From Pirellulales bacterium (GTDB taxonomy: Bacteria; Planctomycetota; Planctomycetia; Pirellulales; JAICIG01), in contig JBBDYJ010000030.1 in the NCBI GenBank assembly GCA_040901675.1, positions 78,424 to 115,686 of the forward strand: DNA of 37,263 nt, read 5' to 3'. Positions within the stretch are counted from its first letter, which is position 1. Each line of letters opens with the position of its first letter. Below the pieces are notes generated by a model. The model did no database searches, was not told the origin of the DNA, and saw only the letters and a program-made list of their open reading frames with translations. Shown here in pieces: positions 10,616-18,107 of this stretch. The position numbers and the translations under genes were made by a program.

Positions 10616-10645
10616 ATTATATCGAGCCAAGGCGCAACGACGCAA
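10616..10645 (-). promoter_or_regulatory. Candidate sigma70 promoter of the DUF433/DUF5615 operon
   Basis: Minus strand TTGCGT-N18-TATAAT, 40 nt upstream of the start codon. Confidence 0.45.
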
Positions 10646-10741
10646 AAACGACGGACAGCGTCCTTTCCCCTGCCGCCTCCGCCGCAGGCGGATCGCCTGC
10701 CTTCTGCCTGGGCTGCAAGTCCGCCTCCGGCGGAACCTAGG

Positions 10742-10880
10742 CCTTCTGCCTTCTGACCTCTGACCTCTGACCTCTGACCTCTGCCCTCTGCCTTCTGCCT
10801 TCTGCCTTCGTCCTTCTGCCTTCGTCCTTCTGCCTTCTGCCTTCGTCTCCCCCGGTCCCCTTGTCCCCTTGTCGCCTTGT
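10742..10880. repeat. Heptamer/octamer tandem array (CCTTCTG, CTGACCT, CCCCTTGT)
   Basis: More than 15 consecutive 7-8-nt units read directly from the sequence. Confidence 0.85.
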
Positions 10881-10897
10881 CGTTCCTCCCCTCCGCC

Positions 10898-11527
10898 TCA
10901 CCCTTCCCCCCATTCCCGGCGGAGCGAGCCCCAAAAACCTTCGGCCCCATAGATCCTCCGCCATTGTTCCCGCAGGTGGGCCAGCCATGGCCTGGCGTAA
11001 TACTCCCGGTGCCAACTGGGATCGAACTGTTGCACTTCCTCCAGCCACTCCTGCGACACCTCGATGCCGGCCCTGCTCGCCAGCAGCTTGAAGCATCGCC
11101 ACTCTTCCCGGTGGCAGATCGCCTCTTCGCGCAGGTTTCTCCGCGTGCGGGCCAGGCGGCGCAGCTCGCCGTGCGTCGCTTCGTGGACGATGGTCGCGGC
11201 CAGCAGCACGGCCAGCGCCGCCTCCCCGCGCCACGACTCGAAGCGCGACATATCGATCCAGCAGATCCCGGTGTGCGGCTGGTAGAGCGCCGTCGACGCC
11301 AGCGGCCCGTTGCAGATTGCCCGCAGGTTGCGGCCCACGCGCGCGAACCGCCGCGGGTCGTAGCGCTCGAGCACGTCCAAGGCCTCGGCCACCGCGTCGT
11401 GAAACCCCTCGTCCTGGAATCGCCGATGAGGCCCCTCGGCCACCAGCAGGCCGTGCAGCTCCCGCTTGTTCACGAGCGCTCGGAACACCAACGGCGCAAG
11501 AATCCAGCGGCAAACAACACCCCACAT
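10898..11527 (-). CDS. Hypothetical protein with an HExxH zincin-like motif
   Basis: TIVHEATHGE followed by a downstream EEAICH; GC-rich codon usage; GGAG upstream. Confidence 0.6.
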   Translation of the reverse strand: MWGVVCRWILAPLVFRALVNKRELHGLLVAEGPHRRFQDEGFHDAVAEALDVLERYDPRRFARVGRNLRAICNGPLASTALYQPHTGICWIDMSRFESWRGEAALAVLLAATIVHEATHGELRRLARTRRNLREEAICHREEWRCFKLLASRAGIEVSQEWLEEVQQFDPSWHREYYARPWLAHLREQWRRIYGAEGFWGSLRREWGEG

Positions 11528-11552
11528 CGCATCGGCTCCCGCGCAGCGGCAG

Positions 11553-11723
11553 TTGGTTGCTGGTTGCTGGTTCTTGGTTGCTGGTTTGCTAGAAACTAGG
11601 AACTAGCTACTAGCAACTGCTCACGAGTCCCAATCAAGCCTAGCACGCTGGCAGTGGATGCTCAGAAGTCATTGGTCATTGGTCATTGGTCATTGGTCAT
11701 TGGTCATTGGTCATTGGTCATTG
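11553..11723. repeat. Heptamer arrays TGGTTGC / CTAG(G/C)AA and (GTCATTG)8
   Basis: Eight perfect GTCATTG units at 11668-11723. Confidence 0.9.
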
Positions 11724-12710
11724 GGTCTTGGTTCGCGCGCCGGGGGTCCGCCGCGTGCTGACCACTGGCCACCGGCCACCGACCACTGCAATTGAGTTGT
11801 TTCCAGTTTTCGGTGATTTAATGGACAGAAGTCAGAACTGGATGGGGACTGTCATTGGTCATTGGTCATTGGTCATCCGGCGGTGCCGACCACTGGCCAC
11901 TGGCGACCGACCACTATTTGGAATTGAGTTGTTCAGCACTTTTCGACGCTTTATTCCGAACAATCCGGAACCTGGGGGAGAGAGGGGCTTGGTGGACTGG
12001 TTGCTGGTTGCTGGTTGCTAGTGCTTGGAACGGACGAACGAACGAACGAAGAAGGATTAACCACGCAGGCACGGAGAACACGGAGACGCCACGGAAAAAG
12101 GCAGAGGTCTTGGTGCTTGGGTCTTTGGTTCCTGTCGGGTGATCGGTGCAGCAGGTCCGGCTGTGGCTCCTCGTCCACCAGCCACTAACCACCGGCCACT
12201 GGCCACTGCTTATTCATACCGCAGGCGGTGGGCGGATGTCAAGGGGGGTGGTTGGAATTTTGAACGGAATTTAGAGTGGAGATGGAAGACCGTGCGAGGC
12301 GGTGGGGCGATGAGGGGATTAGGCGAGGACGAGACGAGACGGACCCTTCGACGAGCTCAAGGCAGGGAGCTCACGCGAAGGCGCCAAGGCGCAAAGGGGT
12401 GAGGGGGTGACGACGAAGGACGGACGACGAGGAACGGAACGGACGATCCGCCGGGGCGGACGTTCGGCAAGCTCGTTCTGCGGGCTCACTGACCTGTGTC
12501 TGGGCTGCAAGTCCACCCTCTGGCGGATCCTCCGCCGATGCCAGGTGCAGAATGAGCTGCGTCCCCTTTGATTGCCGGCCGCCATCGAGATGGACGTGCC
12601 GTTCGACGCATCGGTCGATGTGACCGACGCGCCGCCGCGTTCTGCCACGCGCAAGCCGGGACACGCGACAGATGCTCGACGATGTCGCCCGTCCATCCTG
12701 CGCCGAACGA

Positions 12711-13277
12711 TTATGCAAGGGCCTGGGGCTGCACCTGAGGATGTGGGCGACCCAAGGGCTGGTGTATCTGTCGAGGATTCTGCGCCGACGGAGCCGGTCC
12801 CTTGCCCAGCAACCGTTCCAAGCGCGACACGAGTGATTCGATATCGCGCGTCCGGCATTCCCAAACCGTGAAGACCTTCCAGCCCTTCCGGCGAAGCACC
12901 CGTCGCGTATTCGCGTGGCGAGTGCGATTCCTCTCTCGCTTTGCCTTCCAGTATTCCTGGTTTGTCTTGGGAGTACGGCGACCGACTTTGCAGGGATGTC
13001 CATGCCAAAAGCAGCCATGCACGAAGATAACCGTGCGATGCCTCGGCAGGACGATGTCCGGACAGCCCGGCAGATCGCGCACGTGAAGACGGAACCGGTA
13101 ACCCGCTCGGTGCAAGGCGGAACGCACGATGCGCTCAGGACTCGTGTCGCGGGAGCGGATCGCGGCCATGTTGCGCGACCGTTCCGGGGGAACATCCTGA
13201 AACTTCCATGCGGACAGTTTCACCGGCTTTTTCCGCTTTCCCAAGTCCGTTCTTTGCTTGCCCATCTTAACGTGCAT
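12711..13277 (-). CDS. vsr: Very short patch repair endonuclease
   Basis: RSRNMAAIRSRDTSPE, DLPGCPDIVLPR, IFVHGCFWHGH, YWKAKRERN, GWKVFTVWEC. The exact start is uncertain. Confidence 0.93.
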   Translation of the reverse strand: MHVKMGKQRTDLGKRKKPVKLSAWKFQDVPPERSRNMAAIRSRDTSPERIVRSALHRAGYRFRLHVRDLPGCPDIVLPRHRTVIFVHGCFWHGHPCKVGRRTPKTNQEYWKAKRERNRTRHANTRRVLRRKGWKVFTVWECRTRDIESLVSRLERLLGKGPAPSAQNPRQIHQPLGRPHPQVQPQALA

Positions 13278-13488
13278 CTCAATGACTTGCCAAGCCTGTC
13301 TGGACAGCGTGCCAAGGGATTACAATACTTAGGGCCTATCCAAAAACGGGGACTTGCTCCGACCGGGAAACGGTTTGATTCGAGAACTGACGCTTGTGGC
13401 GAGGTGCCCGTCCCCGTTTTGGGATCGGTTCCTAAAATCCTGATTGACGCCGTCTACCACCATCAGAATAGCAAGATGCTCGCGAACA

Positions 13489-14703
13489 ATGGGGAAAAAC
13501 AAAGTGGCAAGGAAAGGAGCGTCCGGATCGAGAGAGGACGCGAAGAAATCGCCAAAGGCGCGACACGAGGGAGGTGAAGTCGAATCGACTCGTTTTCCGC
13601 TTTCCAAATTGCATCTGGACGCTGGTAATCCTCGACTCGGAGTCCAAGCAGAGAAACTCACGAGCGAAGTCGAACTCCTCGACACCGTCGTCAACGTGTT
13701 TGGGATCGACGACGTTCTTAGTTCGCTTGCTGTCAACGGTTATTTCGAAGCCGAGCCCCTGGTGGGTGTCCGCATGGGGCGAACCGGTCACCTGCGGATT
13801 GCCGAAGGAAATCGGCGCCTCGCTGCTTGTCTGATTCTTGCCGGTGACGATCGCGCACGGAATCACAGCAAACGTACGGCCGAGTACCAATCGCTACAGC
13901 GCCGATACAAACAGCCGCCGATTACCGATATTCCAGTACGTGTACTCCCGGACGATCGAACACTCCTTTCTTACCTCGGCGTTCGGCACATCGCGGCAGC
14001 ACAGCCGTGGGATTCGTACGCAAAGGCTGCGTGGGTCGCAAGAGTGCTGGAAACTGGCGACCTCACACTGGAAGATGTGAGCGATATGATCGGGGACCAA
14101 CACAAAACGGTCGCACGGACGCTCGAAGGATTCTATTTCGTCAATCAACTCATAAGTGCTGCACAGTTTAATCCGTCGGACAGCTTGCGCCCAGGCCGGG
14201 GGAGCAATCCTGAATACCCGTTTTCGTGGATTTACACCGCATTGGGATTTGGCCCCATCCGCGAATGGCTCGGTTTGACTGACCTCGGCCAAAGAGGACG
14301 TATAAAGGAACCGATCAAAGGCGCAGCGCAACTAGACGAGGCCGCGGAACTCGTTGTGTTCCTGTTTGGCAACAAAAGCAAAGGTCGCCAGCCGGCGGTG
14401 TCGGATTCGCGTCAGATCGCGGATTTGGCAAAGGCCGTGGCAAACCCCGAGGCTCGGAGATTGCTCAAGCGAGGCAAGAGAGTCGAAGAAGTGTCTGACT
14501 TGTTGAAGCCGGCGAAAGAGCGCGTCGCGGACAGTCTGCTGGACGCACAGGAGGCGTTAACAAGCGCGCTTACGCCGCTTTCGCAAGGGGAAGTCGGCGG
14601 GCACGAGGCGGATGATCTGCTGGAGCCTAGCAAACGAGTTCGGAGCCTAGCCGTTGACGTCAATAAGAAAGTCATTGACATCGTGCAGGCTGATGAGGAT
14701 TAG
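13489..14703 (+). CDS. ParB/Srx-like N-terminal domain protein
   Basis: LHLDAGNPRL and IAEGNRRLAA motifs, RHIAAAQPWDSYAKA, then an HTH-like segment (LTLEDVSDMIGDQHKTV). The ATG at 13489 is preferred over the TTG at 13444. Confidence 0.75.
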   Translation: MGKNKVARKGASGSREDAKKSPKARHEGGEVESTRFPLSKLHLDAGNPRLGVQAEKLTSEVELLDTVVNVFGIDDVLSSLAVNGYFEAEPLVGVRMGRTGHLRIAEGNRRLAACLILAGDDRARNHSKRTAEYQSLQRRYKQPPITDIPVRVLPDDRTLLSYLGVRHIAAAQPWDSYAKAAWVARVLETGDLTLEDVSDMIGDQHKTVARTLEGFYFVNQLISAAQFNPSDSLRPGRGSNPEYPFSWIYTALGFGPIREWLGLTDLGQRGRIKEPIKGAAQLDEAAELVVFLFGNKSKGRQPAVSDSRQIADLAKAVANPEARRLLKRGKRVEEVSDLLKPAKERVADSLLDAQEALTSALTPLSQGEVGGHEADDLLEPSKRVRSLAVDVNKKVIDIVQADED

Positions 14704-14708
14704 ATGCA

Positions 14709-15692
14709 ATGGCTCAGTTGGTGCGATGGGAAAGCCGCCGTCACGATGATCGTGTCGCTACAAACGCAGACCAAAGTGAGATTGCCGCTGTTCGGTACGG
14801 CTCGTGCAATCTCGAGGCGGGCACATTTGATGATCGAGTCGCTGAATCATTGGATGACTATGAGGTGTCCGATCCGCAGCCCGTACCAGACTGGGCAAGT
14901 CGAGACGCTGCGCTCGACAACGCTACAAGCGACATTGGCATAGAAATCCGGCGTAGACAGCAGATTCTAGGGGGAGGATATCCTTTTCACCTAACTGGGA
15001 ATATCTTGCAGTACCGACCCAGTTCTACTTTGGTGTATGAGTTTTGCCTTGCTGTTTCTCAATCGCCTAGCCTAAACCAGGGCGACTACGCCCGCTTGCC
15101 TGTGGCTTTTGAACGACTCGTTCGCGATGTGCTTGTTTGCTTTCTCGGTCCGGGAACCAACGGCGTCCGGACGGGCTGGCCACCAGATGGACACGAAATC
15201 CGTCCACCGCGATTTAAGGATGTGAGCAGGCAACTGCACAGCGCAACCGGGGCAACTGGGGAGTGGTGGTGGTCGCCGGACAATAACCTTCCTCACGATC
15301 CTGACTCGCGGCACGTCAAAGACGAAGGACTTGATGTCGTTGTGTGGAAGGGAATAGCCGATGGTCGTCCCGGCAAGCTGTTCGTCTTGGGGCAATGTGC
15401 TTGCGGCAATGATTATCAAACCAAGTTCTACGACATCAGTGCGGATTTCGCAAAGCTTAAAAAGTGGATGAAGCCGCTTTCTTTCGCCACACCCCTACGA
15501 GTGTTTAGCACACCGCGCCACATTCCAAACGATGCGTTCTTTGCGGAGGTGAACAGAGAGGCTGGTTTGACGTTTGATCGCGCGCGGATCGCATTACTGG
15601 CAGTGGAGGCTGCTGACTATGTTACGAATCAGGCGAGGGAGCCTTATGCCGACCTGATCTCGATCGCTATCAGTGGCTTTCGAGTTGGCTAA
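14709..15692 (+). CDS. Hypothetical protein, probable PD-(D/E)xK restriction-endonuclease-like fold
   Basis: FE helix (AFERLV), KDEGLDVVVWK and LFVLGQCACG; starts 5 nt after the ParB-like gene. Confidence 0.6.
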   Translation: MAQLVRWESRRHDDRVATNADQSEIAAVRYGSCNLEAGTFDDRVAESLDDYEVSDPQPVPDWASRDAALDNATSDIGIEIRRRQQILGGGYPFHLTGNILQYRPSSTLVYEFCLAVSQSPSLNQGDYARLPVAFERLVRDVLVCFLGPGTNGVRTGWPPDGHEIRPPRFKDVSRQLHSATGATGEWWWSPDNNLPHDPDSRHVKDEGLDVVVWKGIADGRPGKLFVLGQCACGNDYQTKFYDISADFAKLKKWMKPLSFATPLRVFSTPRHIPNDAFFAEVNREAGLTFDRARIALLAVEAADYVTNQAREPYADLISIAISGFRVG

Positions 15693-16641
15693 CCAAAGCC
15701 CTTGCAACCGCTTCAAAGAGGGGGGGCGGTACCGCATTGCCGATTGCGCGGAAGCGTTGTCTGACGGAGCACACGTCAAACGCCGCCGGGTCGGGAAATC
15801 CTTGTAGCGCTGCGCATTCAAGGTAGCTGTATCGACGGGACGTTCCGGGTCTTGTGAATTCCCATCGGTCCGGTCCGATTTTCTTGAGCGGCGGCGAATC
15901 TGGATGAAGGGGGACGTGCCGCCAGTGTGCTACAATGCACGGGGCTTGTCGGCCCCAAGTTCGCCTTCGGTTGCGCGACAGATAGTACCAATGAAGTGGT
16001 TCGGGATCATATGAGCCGTCGGGCGACTTACGCAAGTTCCAGATGACATCACGCAACGTTCGATGCCTTGCGGTATCAGTGCCGTGCGTTGGCGCAGGGA
16101 ACTCATACGACAATCGCTCGGCGCTGCGTATGCCAACGAGGAAGAGCCGCCGTCGATCCTGCGCTAGTCCGTAATCTTTCGCATCAAGGACTTTCCAGTT
16201 GACGCGATATCCAGCAATGCGAAACCTGGTCAGCTGATTTCGCAGCAAGTGCTGGTTGTGCGAAAAACGCATCCCATCCACGTTTTCAACGATGAATGCC
16301 AACGGGCGTACTTGGCGAAGTACGCGGTCGAACTCCTGGTACAAAAAGTTGATCCCGTCGGAATTGTTGCGGCGACCTCCTTGACTGTAGCCCTGGCACG
16401 GGTAGCAACCGGCTAGGATATCTGCTCGCGGAAACTTTCGATAATTGCGAATGTCTCCGGCATGGATCGTGGTCAAGCCGGTTACGCGCTCGAATAAGGC
16501 GCATGCCGATTCTGAAATCTCATTTGCCCAGATTGGTTCAATGCCACCAGCGCGCAGGCCGAGGTCGCTGCCGCCGCAGCCTGCAAAAAGCGATATCGCC
16601 GAGTATTGCGCCGTCCCCAACTTGGACTCCAACGTCGACAA
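15670..16641 (-). CDS. dcm: DNA (cytosine-5) methyltransferase
   Basis: Motif I SLFAGCGG, IV YPCQGYS, VI ENVDGM, VIII QDRRRLF, X IGNAVPP. The start may be the TTG at 16620, which has a GGAG RBS. Confidence 0.93.
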   Translation of the reverse strand: MSTLESKLGTAQYSAISLFAGCGGSDLGLRAGGIEPIWANEISESACALFERVTGLTTIHAGDIRNYRKFPRADILAGCYPCQGYSQGGRRNNSDGINFLYQEFDRVLRQVRPLAFIVENVDGMRFSHNQHLLRNQLTRFRIAGYRVNWKVLDAKDYGLAQDRRRLFLVGIRSAERLSYEFPAPTHGTDTARHRTLRDVIWNLRKSPDGSYDPEPLHWYYLSRNRRRTWGRQAPCIVAHWRHVPLHPDSPPLKKIGPDRWEFTRPGTSRRYSYLECAALQGFPDPAAFDVCSVRQRFRAIGNAVPPPLFEAVARALVSQLESH

Positions 16642-16725
16642 TGATTGCGCGCATTGTGTTTACATCGTCAGTCGGCCGCCAACGGCTTTAGGAAATTCAT
16701 CTCGAGGCGCGTCGGTCCGACACAC

Positions 16726-16745
16726 CGGGGCGATAGGATTTGAAC
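16726..16745 (-). other. tRNA-Pro 3'-end fragment (att-like scar)
   Basis: The minus strand reads GTTCAAAT-CCTAT-CGCCCCG: T-loop, 3' T-stem and the 3' acceptor strand complementary to the CGGGGCG start of tRNA-Pro. No 5' half is present. Confidence 0.5.
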
Positions 16746-16904
16746 GGGGGAGGGCCAATCACGCCGCATCCGTCGTGCTTCGCTTGCAAGAGATCGGCAG
16801 GCGACATCGAGACCGTAAACCGACGCAACATCCGCGGGCTGGGGCCCGCGGGGCCTGGAAGTAAAAGAACATGCCGGGGTTTCTCGCCTGCGCTTACCCA
16901 ACAC

Positions 16905-17969
16905 TCAACTCTTTCCAGCAGCTTCCCGATAAGCAGCCGTTAAGGCCTCCAGCAGCGCCTCGTTGTCATCGTGGAAGACGTTCCCCTGCCGGACACTGTC
17001 GGGCGCAATGACGGCTTCGATTCGCGGCAAACTCAGCGGCGCTAGTCGCTCGAAGACAGATCGCCAGAACGTCACGTATCCGCGGCCATCGTTCCAAACG
17101 GTTACCAGCCCGACATTCTCCGGCTGAAGTCTAGGCAACAACGTGAGCCGCCCGCTGGTGCCGTGAAAAGTGCTCAACGTCACCAGGCCCTCCTGCTCCA
17201 GGCGGCGTGCCCAGGCGACATACCGATGGAGTTTCGGCCGATCCTCCTCATTTGCCTTTTCAATAGCCTCGACAAACTCCTCGACACCGACACTGAGCTG
17301 CCCCGCGGCACGTTCCGGAGATGGACGGGGCTGCTCGACGGGGCGTCGCTCCGGTTCCACTCGTTGCGGCACAAGAACCGTTGAACTTCCGATCTGGTAC
17401 GATGCAATCGTCACCAGGTCGATAACCAGCGTATCAGTAACCGACTCCAGATACCCCACGAGACGCACGAGCTCGTCCGGCGCTTCATCGAGCACGAACA
17501 CCAACCGGAACCGCCCCTCTGCCAGGTTTTCCGAAAGGGCCGTGGCGAAGTTCTCGGGGTCAAAGGAACCGGTTTGGTTCGCTGCGGAAACGCAACTCGC
17601 CAGCGAGTCGAAACCCCGCTGCCGAAGATGCTTTCCCAGCACCTCCTGCTCGAGCGCGTGTGGGTCGATCTGGAACAAGTAGGCCGCGTAAGCGAGCACC
17701 TGGGCGACAACCGCCCGCCTGGCCTCGGCGTTGCGTGCCAGTTTGATTTCGATCACCGCCAGGCGGCCTGTCGGCTCGACAGCAATTAAGTCAGCCCATC
17801 CCGATCCGAGCTGCACTTCTTGCCCCACGATGATCAGGTCTGGCCTTCCCGACAGCGGCAACAGTTGCGGCGCCTCCGCCACCAGGTCTTGAAGCCTTGC
17901 CTCGTCCGGAAATCCCGCCGGCGACAGTAGTTTCCAAGTCCCTCCCTCATTCTGCCAAATCGCGGTCAT
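16905..17969 (-). CDS. NucS/DUF91-like PD-(D/E)xK endonuclease domain protein
   Basis: DEARLQ, GWADLIAVEPTGRLAVIEIK and VVAQVLAYAA motifs. Confidence 0.75.
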   Translation of the reverse strand: MTAIWQNEGGTWKLLSPAGFPDEARLQDLVAEAPQLLPLSGRPDLIIVGQEVQLGSGWADLIAVEPTGRLAVIEIKLARNAEARRAVVAQVLAYAAYLFQIDPHALEQEVLGKHLRQRGFDSLASCVSAANQTGSFDPENFATALSENLAEGRFRLVFVLDEAPDELVRLVGYLESVTDTLVIDLVTIASYQIGSSTVLVPQRVEPERRPVEQPRPSPERAAGQLSVGVEEFVEAIEKANEEDRPKLHRYVAWARRLEQEGLVTLSTFHGTSGRLTLLPRLQPENVGLVTVWNDGRGYVTFWRSVFERLAPLSLPRIEAVIAPDSVRQGNVFHDDNEALLEALTAAYREAAGKS

Positions 17970-18107
17970 TGAGCTACCCTATCGGCCCGGTGCCCATGGC
18001 TTTGCCTCTACTGCATGAACCGTCTGATGAGTGTTACGGCTTCGTTGAGAAACCAGACCGCGGTACGCTGGGCCAGGGCCCGAAATAATCGCCATTGAGC
18101 AGATCGG

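Noticed and set aside
12430..12710. Possible RAYT/IS200 transposase remnant (HVHL in one minus-strand frame)
   Set aside because: A single short motif in an ORF overlapping vsr, with no other supporting similarity.
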